A stretch of 31,771 nt of DNA, from NCBI GenBank assembly GCA_905210485.1, contig CAJLXA010000021.1, forward strand, positions 1 to 31,771, written 5' to 3'. Shown piece by piece: positions 17,730 through 24,638 of this stretch. Made by a program: the position numbers and the translations under genes. The notes under the pieces were generated by a model. It was not told the DNA's origin. It was given only the letters and a program-made list of their open reading frames with translations, and did no database searches. The stretch comes from an uncultured Eubacteriales bacterium. Its GTDB lineage: Bacteria > Bacillota > Clostridia > Oscillospirales > CAG-272. The first letter of the stretch is position 1, and each line of letters opens with the position of its first letter.

Positions 17730-17754
17730 GACGTCCGCAAAACCCATAAAAAAG

Positions 17755-17793
17755 GGGAATGAGGCAAAAGCCTCATTCCCTCTTCTTTTTTTG
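17755..17793. terminator. Bidirectional rho-independent terminator between the secreted-protein gene and ppiB
   Basis: An 11-bp stem, GGGAATGAGGC / GCCTCATTCCC, with loop AAAA. An A-run precedes it and TCTTCTTTTTTT follows. Confidence 0.85.
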
Positions 17794-17798
17794 CAGGG

Positions 17799-18275
17799 TC
17801 AATCCTCAACCAAGGTTACCTTTTTCATTATCTGCGGAATCTGCGGCCGATCGCTGTAATCGGTGGGAACCGACGCGATCTCGTCCACAACGTCCATTCC
17901 CTCCGTCACCTTACCGAACGCGGCATAGGAACCGTCGAGATGCGGTGCGTCTGCGTGCATGATAAAAAACTGCGATGACGCGGAATCGGGGTCCTGCGAA
18001 CGTGCCATGGAGATGACGCCGCGAACATGACGGAGCGGATTCTGAACGCCGTTCATACGGAATTCCCCTTTGATATTTTCTTCCGCGCCGCCGTACCCGC
18101 TACCGGTCGGGTCTCCCCCTTGGATCATAAATCCACTGATTACACGGTGAAAAATGAGGCCGTCATAGAAGCCTGCTTTCACCAGTTTTTCAAAATTTCC
18201 GACAGTGATCGGTGCGGCCGTCGGATCGAGCGCGATCTTGATCTTTTTGCCGTTTTCCATTTCAATGATAACCAT
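17799..18275 (-). CDS. ppiB: Peptidyl-prolyl cis-trans isomerase, cyclophilin type
   Basis: 158 aa with the cyclophilin signature FHRVISGFMIQGGDP, plus SMARSQDPDSASSQFFI. A GGAGAA RBS is present. Confidence 0.9.
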   Translation of the reverse strand: MVIIEMENGKKIKIALDPTAAPITVGNFEKLVKAGFYDGLIFHRVISGFMIQGGDPTGSGYGGAEENIKGEFRMNGVQNPLRHVRGVISMARSQDPDSASSQFFIMHADAPHLDGSYAAFGKVTEGMDVVDEIASVPTDYSDRPQIPQIMKKVTLVED

Positions 18276-18394
18276 AAATATATTTCTCCGTATCCGGGAT
18301 GACGCGTCCCTTTATTTATTTTTCGAAAATTGTGCGTATATCCGGGAAAAATTTCATATACTATCGAAAGAACCGGGAAAGGAGTATCTTTGCT

Positions 18395-19501
18395 TTGGGA
18401 GACGGTAAATTCGATTTCAAAAAATCGGCGGCTATACTTGTCACGCTCATCGGCGGCGGTATTGTCGTCTGGTTTCTTTTCCGCCACTTTCTTGCGGTTG
18501 TTCTTCCCTTTTTTATTGCCTATCTTGCCGCCTATCTTGTCCGTCCGTGCGGGAATTTTTTGAGCAAACACACAAAAATCCCGTATAAACCGATCTGTAT
18601 TCTGCTCGTACTCATTTTTGTATTCGGCCTTTCGGCGCTTGTCGGTCTTCTTTTCCGGCGGCTGTTCATCGAAGCCATGCGCCTGCTTACCTATCTTGAA
18701 GACAATCCCGATCTTATCCGCGGCCTTTATGAAAATGTCCGCCGTTTTTTTTCCGGGATTCTGGAACGTATTCTGCCGATGCTCTCACGAAGCGACGCAC
18801 CGCTTGAAAACAGCGGCGCGGAGGCGTTTGACCGCATGATCGGCAACATGGCGGAAAAACTGCTGACGAACATTACGGCCGGCGCGGCGACCGTACTGAC
18901 CTCTCTGCCCGGAATTCTCTTTTACTTTATTGTGACCATTATCGCGGCCATATACTTTTCCATGGATCTCAGCGAAATCAATGCCTTTATCCGCAATGCC
19001 GTTCCGCAAAAATTCCGCGGTATACTGGCGGTTCTGAAAAGCGGAACCGTCAGAACAGGTCTCCGCTACCTGCGCTCGTATACGATCATTTTCATCATGA
19101 ACGTCACACTGCTGACCGTGGGACTTCTTCTCTTACAGCGGGACTACGCCTTTTTACTCGCGCTGATCTTCTCGGTGGTCGATCTTTTGCCGATTGTCGG
19201 CATCGGCATTACGCTGATTCCGTGGGCGCTTTATTCATTCATTACCGGGCTTCCGGGACTGGGCGTCGGGCTTCTTCTGCTTTATCTGTTCATTACGCTC
19301 TTACGGCAATTCATCGAACCGCGCCTTGTCGGTGCGGGAATCGGCCTGCACCCGCTCCTTACCCTGTTCGCCATGGTTACGGGCGCGCAGTTGTTCGGCT
19401 TTTTCGGCATGCTCATGGGGCCGGTAGCGGCCATCACGGTGAAAAGCCTTTGGAACGCGCGAAACGAAGCGGAAAATGAAGAAAAAACAGAAAAAAAGTG
19501 A
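18395..19501 (+). CDS. ytvI: Sporulation integral membrane protein YtvI (AI-2E/PerM transporter family)
   Basis: A multi-TM protein of AI-2E type with a YtvI-like layout. I place the start at the in-frame TTG at 18395, 10 nt after a GGAAAGGAG RBS. The ATG at 18299 in the ORF track would leave only 23 nt to the divergent ppiB start. Confidence 0.7.
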   Translation: MGDGKFDFKKSAAILVTLIGGGIVVWFLFRHFLAVVLPFFIAYLAAYLVRPCGNFLSKHTKIPYKPICILLVLIFVFGLSALVGLLFRRLFIEAMRLLTYLEDNPDLIRGLYENVRRFFSGILERILPMLSRSDAPLENSGAEAFDRMIGNMAEKLLTNITAGAATVLTSLPGILFYFIVTIIAAIYFSMDLSEINAFIRNAVPQKFRGILAVLKSGTVRTGLRYLRSYTIIFIMNVTLLTVGLLLLQRDYAFLLALIFSVVDLLPIVGIGITLIPWALYSFITGLPGLGVGLLLLYLFITLLRQFIEPRLVGAGIGLHPLLTLFAMVTGAQLFGFFGMLMGPVAAITVKSLWNARNEAENEEKTEKK

Positions 19502-19528
19502 GGATTGCCACCGGCAATCCTCACTTTT
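19498..19528. terminator. Bidirectional terminator between ytvI and rpmB
   Basis: A 12-bp stem, GTGAGGATTGCC / GGCAATCCTCAC, flanked by AAAAAAA upstream and TTTT downstream. Confidence 0.8.
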
Positions 19529-19530
19529 CA

Positions 19531-19716
19531 TTATGCGCGTTCAACCTTGCCGGAACGCAGGCAACGGGAACATACATAAACGGTCTGGTTGCTACCGCCT
19601 ACAACAGCTTTGACCCGACGGATGTTGGGTTTCCAGGTTCTGTTGGTTTTACGGTTCGAGTGAGAAACATTGTGACCGAACGCAACACCTTTACCGCAAA
19701 TACAGCACTTTGCCAT
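19531..19716 (-). CDS. rpmB: 50S ribosomal protein L28
   Basis: 61 aa: MAKCCICGKGVAFGHNVSHSNRKTNRTWKPNIRRVK...YVCSRCLRSGKV. An AGGAGG RBS is present. Confidence 0.95.
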   Translation of the reverse strand: MAKCCICGKGVAFGHNVSHSNRKTNRTWKPNIRRVKAVVGGSNQTVYVCSRCLRSGKVERA

Positions 19717-19785
19717 AATTTAGCACCTCCTACGCGACACCGGCAATACCGGCAGTCAAACGATATTTTTTTAGTCAACGTGACT

Positions 19786-19814
19786 ATTATAGCATATACA
19801 TTCTGAAAATGCAA
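19786..19814 (-). promoter_or_regulatory. Sigma-70-type promoter of rpmB
   Basis: On the minus strand: TTGCAT, a 17-nt spacer, then TATAAT. Confidence 0.55.
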
Positions 19815-19854
19815 GAGAATTTTTCGTATTTTTTTCTTAATTCCGAAAAATTTA

Positions 19855-19883
19855 TTGATTTTTATCGAAGGATATGCTACAAT
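19855..19883 (+). promoter_or_regulatory. Sigma-70-type promoter of the small membrane-protein gene
   Basis: TTGATT (19855-19860), a 17-nt spacer ending in TGC (extended -10), then TACAAT (19878-19883). Confidence 0.5.
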
Positions 19884-19923
19884 GGGAAAGCAAAACGGAA
19901 AAAACGCAAACAGGAGAACGCTT

Positions 19924-20106
19924 ATGAACAAAAAACTCATCATTGCGCTGGCTATTATCGCCGTATTGATCGTGGGCCTACTTATCACGCTCGCCTTATT
20001 AAATCAGAACCTGATTCTCGGTATTGCCGCGATTATTCTGTCACTTGCCGCCATTATCTGCGCTCTGATCCGCCCCGACAAACTGCTTTCGCAAGAAGAC
20101 AAATAA
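19924..20106 (+). CDS. Small hypothetical two-TM membrane protein (60 aa)
   Basis: The ATG at 19924 has an AGGAGA RBS. There are two hydrophobic helices (LIIALAIIAVLIVGLLITLALL and ILGIAAIILSLAAIICALI). The upstream ATGs of the track ORF lie inside or ahead of the predicted -10 element. Confidence 0.45.
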   Translation: MNKKLIIALAIIAVLIVGLLITLALLNQNLILGIAAIILSLAAIICALIRPDKLLSQEDK

Positions 20107-20138
20107 GAAAAGACCGCAACGGCGGTCTTTTCTTTTAC
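20107..20138. terminator. Bidirectional terminator between the small membrane-protein gene and the blaI-like gene
   Basis: An 11-bp stem, GAAAAGACCGC / GCGGTCTTTTC, with a 4-nt loop, then TTTT. Confidence 0.8.
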
Positions 20139-20497
20139 TCTGCTTTCTCCCGATGGGCGTCGATCAGGCGTTTCAGCGAACGGGCCTCCCTGTCGGTCAG
20201 GGTAACGCCGCGAAGCGCCGCGGAAAGAAGATCGGGTAGCGAATGTGAAAAAGCGGGCGCTATCCGCACGCGGTATTCTTCTGCCAACACTTCCTCGCGC
20301 GGAACGGTCGCCGTAACAACGGCGTCACGATTGGAAAGATAACCGCCGTCGCATAGTTTTTTCAGAACGGTATAGGTGGTCGTGCGCTTCCAGCCGAGAA
20401 CCCCGGCGACGCGCGCCGTCAGTTCCCGGGAAGAAAGCGGCTCGTTTTCCCATACGATATTGAGAATACAAAACTCGCAGTCAGACAGTTTTTTCAT
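20135..20497 (-). CDS. BlaI/MecI/CopY-family winged-helix transcriptional repressor
   Basis: 120 aa with the N-terminus LSDCEFCILNIVWENEPLSSRELTARV...WKRTTTYTVLKKLCDGGYL typical of Penicillinase_R family proteins. Confidence 0.8.
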   Translation of the reverse strand: MKKLSDCEFCILNIVWENEPLSSRELTARVAGVLGWKRTTTYTVLKKLCDGGYLSNRDAVVTATVPREEVLAEEYRVRIAPAFSHSLPDLLSAALRGVTLTDREARSLKRLIDAHREKAE

Positions 20498-21063
20498 CAG
20501 GACTTTTTACTTTTCTTTGCGCGTTTCTTCGGCCAGTACTTAATGGCGAAATAGAGGAACAGAAGCGCTACAAGAATCAGGCAAACGGCAATAACGATCA
20601 CAAGTTGCGGGTCGGAGATGAACGGTTTTGCAAATACATAGGCGCCGAAAGAAACCAGCAGGACGGCGATGATGAGACGCCAGAACGGGTACTTTTTCTG
20701 CGAATCCGTACCGTGTGCAAAATAGGAACGACAAACGTCAACCGTTCCGCGGAGCCACACCGCCACGCCGAATATCTGACATGCGGAGCCGAGGTTGATG
20801 ATCTTCAGAGAATTGATAACGAGGCCGACCGCCACAAGGAGTAGAAGAAGCGCTTCGACGACGACCAGCACCTGCACTTTGCCGCGCGATGTGCGGATCT
20901 CTCCGAAAAGGTAACCGATCACATACAAAAGCAGAACAGCGGCAATGATGTACTGGAGCACCGTCATACCGAAATCGGGCAGTACCAGCATCAGAATACC
21001 GAACGTCAGAAAGAGTACGGCAAAGATGGCGTCAACAATGGCATTTTTAACAATCTTAGTCAT
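20497..21063 (-). CDS. Polytopic membrane protein (possibly DUF308/HdeD-like) with a lysine-rich tail; not a BlaR1/M56 peptidase
   Basis: 188 aa with about 6 hydrophobic helices and a C-terminal KKRAKKSKKS. Its stop overlaps the blaI-like start (TGATG). No HEXXH or other peptidase motif is present. Confidence 0.55.
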   Translation of the reverse strand: MTKIVKNAIVDAIFAVLFLTFGILMLVLPDFGMTVLQYIIAAVLLLYVIGYLFGEIRTSRGKVQVLVVVEALLLLLVAVGLVINSLKIINLGSACQIFGVAVWLRGTVDVCRSYFAHGTDSQKKYPFWRLIIAVLLVSFGAYVFAKPFISDPQLVIVIAVCLILVALLFLYFAIKYWPKKRAKKSKKS

Positions 21064-21124
21064 AAATGTATTTATCCTTTCTTTTTTCTATGTACGCGTG
21101 CCGGTCGTGCCGGCACGTCGGGCA

Positions 21125-22738
21125 TCAAAGCGTGATCTTATCGGTTCCGTGTTCTTTTTTATACTGCACGAAATCTTCATACTTACCGCTGTAATCAAAA
21201 ATACCGTCGGGGCGGATCTCAATAATGCGGTTGGCTACGGTATTCACAATCTCGTAGTCGTGAGACATAAACATCACGTTTCCGCGGAAATCGGAAAGAC
21301 CGTTGTTCACCGCCGTAATGGATTCGAGGTCAAGATGGTCGGTCGGACGGTCAAGGATCAGCATATTGGAACCGAAAAGCATCATGCGTGAAAACATGCA
21401 ACGCACTTTCTCGCCGCCGGACAGCACGTTGACGGGTTTGAAAATCGCGTCGCCGGAAAACAGCATACGTCCGAGGAAACCGCGGAGATACGTCTCCGTT
21501 GTGTCCTTGGAATAACGGCGCATCCAGTCAAGAATGGAGTCGGTGCAACCGTTGAAATACGCGCTGTTGTCATGCGGAAAATACGACGTGGTAATGCTGA
21601 CGCCCCATTTATACGACCCGGCCGCCGGTTTCACTTCGCCCATCAGGATACGGAAAAGCGCCGTAATGGCCATTTCGTTACCGACAAAAGCGATTTTATC
21701 GTTCTTTTGTACAGTAAAGCTTACATTTTTAAACAATTCCGTGCCGTCTTCGGCAGTAGCCGCAAGGTCATTGACAAACAGAATATCTTTGCCCGCTTCA
21801 CGATCCATGTCAAATCCGATAAACGGATAGCGGCGGGAGGAAGCCGGCATTTCTTCGATCGTCAGTTTATCCAGGAGTTTCCGACGTGAGGTTGCCTGAC
21901 GCGACTTTGACTTATTGGCGGAGAAACGGGAAATGAACGTCTGAAGTTCTTTGATCTTCTCTTCATTCTTCTTATTCTGCTGTTTCATCATGCGCTGAAT
22001 AAGCTGTGACGATTCGTACCAGAATTCATAGTTACCGACGTACATTTTAATACCGCTGTAATCAATATCGACGATATTGGTGCAGACGTCGTTCAGGAAA
22101 TGCCGGTCATGGGAAACGACGAGAACCGTGCCGAAATAATCGGAAAGAAAGTCTTCCAGCCACATGGTCGCGTCAATATCAAGACCGTTTGTCGGTTCAT
22201 CGAGGAGAATAATATCGGGATTTCCGAACAGCGCCTGTGCCAGCAGGACTTTCACCTTTTCCGGCTCCTTTAACAGTTTCATTTCACTGTACAGAAGCGA
22301 TTCGTCAAGGCCGAGCCCCTGAATGAGCTTGGAAGCGTCCGATTCGGCTTCCCAGCCGTTCATTTCCGCAAATTCCCCTTCCAGCACCGCCGCGCGCGCG
22401 CCGTCTTCATCGGTAAAATCTTCTTTTGCATAGAGCGCGTCTTTTTCTTTCATTACTTCGTAAAGATGCTGGTTGCCCTGCATAATGGTATCAAGGACCG
22501 TGAAATCATCATAGGCAAAGTGATCCTGACGAAGAACCGACATCCGGACGGTATCGGGAATTGAAACTTCGCCGGTTGACGGTTCAAGTTCACCGCAAAG
22601 CAGTTTGAGAAAAGTGGATTTTCCCGCGCCGTTCGCGCCGATAACGCCGTAGCAATTGCCGGGGGTGAATTTCAGATTGACATCTTTGAACAGAAGCTGT
22701 CCTCCGAAATGGAAACTCAGGTTGTTAACTGTTATCAT
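21125..22738 (-). CDS. ABC-F family ATPase (YbiT-like, soluble, two NBDs, no TM domain) with a degenerate second nucleotide-binding domain
   Basis: NBD1 has Walker A GANGAGKST and Walker B IILLDEPTNGLD. The inter-domain linker reads RFSANKSKSRQATSRRK. NBD2 has the signature LSGGEKVR, but its Walker A is GNEMAITA and its Walker B is MLILDRPTDHLD. Confidence 0.85.
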   Translation of the reverse strand: MITVNNLSFHFGGQLLFKDVNLKFTPGNCYGVIGANGAGKSTFLKLLCGELEPSTGEVSIPDTVRMSVLRQDHFAYDDFTVLDTIMQGNQHLYEVMKEKDALYAKEDFTDEDGARAAVLEGEFAEMNGWEAESDASKLIQGLGLDESLLYSEMKLLKEPEKVKVLLAQALFGNPDIILLDEPTNGLDIDATMWLEDFLSDYFGTVLVVSHDRHFLNDVCTNIVDIDYSGIKMYVGNYEFWYESSQLIQRMMKQQNKKNEEKIKELQTFISRFSANKSKSRQATSRRKLLDKLTIEEMPASSRRYPFIGFDMDREAGKDILFVNDLAATAEDGTELFKNVSFTVQKNDKIAFVGNEMAITALFRILMGEVKPAAGSYKWGVSITTSYFPHDNSAYFNGCTDSILDWMRRYSKDTTETYLRGFLGRMLFSGDAIFKPVNVLSGGEKVRCMFSRMMLFGSNMLILDRPTDHLDLESITAVNNGLSDFRGNVMFMSHDYEIVNTVANRIIEIRPDGIFDYSGKYEDFVQYKKEHGTDKITL

Positions 22739-22770
22739 GGCATACTTCCTTATTTTTTATCTCAGACGTT

Positions 22771-22799
22771 ATTGTATCATATATTTTATAACGGGTCAA
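22771..22799 (-). promoter_or_regulatory. Sigma-70-type promoter of the ABC-F gene
   Basis: On the minus strand: TTGACC, a 17-nt spacer, then TACAAT, about 30 nt upstream of the ATG. Confidence 0.55.
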
Positions 22800-22906
22800 G
22801 GGAAAAAGCAAAATTTCGTTTTTTATCCGGAAAGTCCGCCTTTCCGCGGCGCCGTCACCAAAAACACCGTTTCCGGACAAAGATACAAAAGTGCGTACGG
22901 ACCTTC

Positions 22907-22935
22907 TTGACTTCCGCCGCCGAAAATGATATACT
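22907..22935 (+). promoter_or_regulatory. Sigma-70-type promoter of rlmD
   Basis: TTGACT (22907-22912), a 17-nt spacer, then TATACT (22930-22935). An alternative -10, TATAAT, lies at 22940-22945. Confidence 0.5.
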
Positions 22936-22982
22936 TCATTATAATGAATGAAACGCGGCGGATGCGCCGGGAAGGATACTCC

Positions 22983-24362
22983 GTGGAACTGAAAAAGAAT
23001 CAGACAGTAACATTAACCGTAGACGGTATGAACGACTTCGGCAACGGCGTTGCCCGCGCGGACGGCAAAACCGTTTTTGTCACAGGCGCCGTGGAGGGCG
23101 ACACCGTAACGGCGCAGATCATCAAGGTAACGCCCGGCTACGCTGTGGCGCGCTGTACGGAAGTCCTCATTCCCTCTCCTTTCCGCGTCGACCCGCTGTG
23201 CCGCGCCGCGGGGTGCGGCGGCTGTACCTACCGCGCGCTTTCCTACGAACGGGAGAAAATAACCAAGGAAAACGACGTGCGTTTTGCTTTCCGCAAGGCC
23301 GGACTCCCCGACGTCAAAGTACTGCCGCTTGTTTCTGCGGGCAGAACCGAGGGATACCGTAACAAAGCGCAGTTCCCCGTTGCGCCGGATAAAAACGGCG
23401 ACCCCGTTGCCGGATTCTATGCGCCGAAAAGTCATCGCGTAGTTCCCGCCGCCGACTGTCGGTTGCAGTCCCCCGCCTTTTCCCCGATCGTCTCCCGCCT
23501 CCTCGTTTTTTTCCGTGAAAACGGCATTACCGCATACCGCGAGGAGACCGGCACGGGCGACGTCCGGCATCTGTATTTGCGCTGTAACTGCGACGCGTCC
23601 GAAATTCTGCTCACCATTGTCGTGAACGGCCGCACACTGCCGCACGAAAAAGAACTCTGCGCGATGTTGCAGACCGATTTTCCGGCGATCGTCGGCGTTG
23701 TTATCAATGAAAACCGTGAAAATACCAATGTGATCTGCGGGAAACACTACCGCCTGCTGTACGGCAAAGCCTCCGTTACGGATACGCTGTGCGGCATCAG
23801 ACTGACAGTGGCGCCGCAATCTTTTTATCAGGTAAACCATGACGCGGCGGAGCTTCTCTATCGGAAAGCGGCCGCGCTTGCCGGACTGACAGGCGACGAG
23901 ATACTGCTCGATCTGTACTGCGGGATCGGTTCCATCGGTCTCACCATGGCCGACCGGGTAAAACTGCTTGTCGGTATTGAAATCATTCCGGAAGCCGTGG
24001 AATGTGCGAAAGAAAACGCCGCGCAAAACGGTATAAGCAACGCCCGTTTTTTCTGCGGCGACGCCGCCAATGCCGAAAATCTCCTGAAAGAAGCGGAAAA
24101 ATCTCTCGGGAAAATCGTCCCTGACGTTGTTATTCTGGATCCGCCCCGCAAAGGGTGCGACGGCGCTCTCATCTCTTTCATCATGGATCGTCTCTCGCCG
24201 AAACGTATTGTATACATTTCCTGCAATCCCGATACGCTGGCGCGCGACGTTACCCTTTTCTCCGGAAAGTATACTGTCGGCGATGTAACCCCGGTCGACC
24301 TGTTCCCCCGCACCGGTCACGTTGAGGCGGTAGTCTGCCTCGAACGGCGACCAGACAGCTAA
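22983..24362 (+). CDS. rlmD: 23S rRNA (uracil-C5)-methyltransferase RlmD/RumA (TRAM domain, 4Fe-4S cluster, SAM methyltransferase)
   Basis: The TRAM-like N-terminus is LKKNQTVTLTVDGMNDFGNGVAR. The Fe-S cysteines are CRAAGCGGCTY. The SAM motif is LDLYCGIGSIGL and the catalytic motif is YISCNPDTLARD. I place the start at the GTG at 22983 (GGAAGGA RBS, 6-nt spacing). The ATG at 22926 in the track lies inside the predicted promoter. Confidence 0.85.
   Translation: MELKKNQTVTLTVDGMNDFGNGVARADGKTVFVTGAVEGDTVTAQIIKVTPGYAVARCTEVLIPSPFRVDPLCRAAGCGGCTYRALSYEREKITKENDVRFAFRKAGLPDVKVLPLVSAGRTEGYRNKAQFPVAPDKNGDPVAGFYAPKSHRVVPAADCRLQSPAFSPIVSRLLVFFRENGITAYREETGTGDVRHLYLRCNCDASEILLTIVVNGRTLPHEKELCAMLQTDFPAIVGVVINENRENTNVICGKHYRLLYGKASVTDTLCGIRLTVAPQSFYQVNHDAAELLYRKAAALAGLTGDEILLDLYCGIGSIGLTMADRVKLLVGIEIIPEAVECAKENAAQNGISNARFFCGDAANAENLLKEAEKSLGKIVPDVVILDPPRKGCDGALISFIMDRLSPKRIVYISCNPDTLARDVTLFSGKYTVGDVTPVDLFPRTGHVEAVVCLERRPDS
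24318..24359. repeat. Left copy of the 42-nt direct repeat (attL-like); it forms the present 3' end of rlmD
   Basis: CACGTTGAGGCGGTAGTCTGCCTCGAACGGCGACCAGACAGC matches 25768-25809 at 39 of 42 positions. Confidence 0.9.
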
Positions 24363-24385
24363 CGAGTGAAGTTGCTACGCAGTGA

Positions 24386-24622
24386 AGTTTCGGTTATCGC
24401 CGAAGTGAAGTTTGCGCCGCAAGCAAGGCTGATTTTATAAATAAACTTCATATCGCACTCAAAGGGTGCAGTGAAACCGAATATTGGATTGAAATGCTTG
24501 TGGGCTCAAATGCGATAAGTGAGCAAATATCAAAGGAGCTTTTGCAAAAGTGTGGCGTTATCCGTCGTATGCTTGTGAAATCCATCACCACCGCAAAAGT
24601 CAACCCCGACGGCCAAGAGTAA
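24386..24622 (+). pseudogene. 5'-truncated four-helix-bundle protein gene (23S rRNA intervening-sequence protein / Avd-like family, PF05635-type)
   Basis: The frame reads ...ASKADFINKLHIALKGCSETEYWIEMLVGSNAISEQISKELLQKCGVIRRMLVKSITTAK-stop, matching the family's C-terminal SKADFI-KL-IALKE--ET-YWLELL pattern. There is no in-frame start, a TGA lies just upstream at 24383-24385, and the N-terminal ~half is missing. Confidence 0.6.
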
Positions 24623-24638
24623 ATTGAGAGGTTACTTT

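Noticed and set aside
13746-17747. A 1333-aa ORF antisense to almost the entire secreted beta-helix protein gene
   Set aside because: It has no RBS or plausible start context. Its composition is extremely rich in Arg, Val, Gly and Ala, with low-complexity runs typical of the stop-depleted antisense frame of a GC3-rich gene. It has no recognisable motifs. The sense frame has an RBS, a signal peptide, beta-helix repeats and duplicated modules.
18299-18394. ATG start of ytvI at 18299
   Set aside because: It would leave only 23 nt to the divergent ppiB start and adds a non-hydrophobic, AT-rich 32-aa leader. An in-frame TTG at 18395 follows a GGAAAGGAG RBS. The call remains uncertain.
19717-19785. 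Structured autoregulatory leader RNA for rpmB (CCGG...CCGG hairpin)
   Set aside because: Only a short, weak stem (ACCGGCAATACCGG) is visible. I cannot support a conserved structure without covariance data.
21085-21124. Terminator for the ABC-F gene (CGTGCCGG...CCGGCACG hairpin)
   Set aside because: The stem exists, but no U-tract follows on the transcribed (minus) strand. It is too weak to report as a feature.
21125-22738. Calling the ABC-F protein an antibiotic-resistance (ARE) ribosomal-protection factor
   Set aside because: The overall layout and the short RFSANKSKSRQATSR linker resemble housekeeping YbiT-type ABC-Fs. There is no extended ARE-type interdomain linker and no resistance-gene context. 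Only the degenerate NBD2 is unusual.
22926-22982. Upstream ATG start for rlmD given in the ORF track
   Set aside because: The ATG at 22926 falls inside the spacer and -10 element of the predicted promoter and encodes an implausible MIYFIIMNETRR leader. The GTG at 22983 has a GGAAGGA RBS and starts at the TRAM domain.
23013-24320. A 435-aa antisense ORF over rlmD. Analogous ones occur at 25943-26479, 26359-26961, 27117-27674, 29184-29825 and 30415-31185.
   Set aside because: The reasoning is the same. The opposite strand carries genes with diagnostic motifs (RlmD, MarR, kinase-like, MATE, LacI, ferredoxin), and these ORFs have no start signals or recognisable domains.
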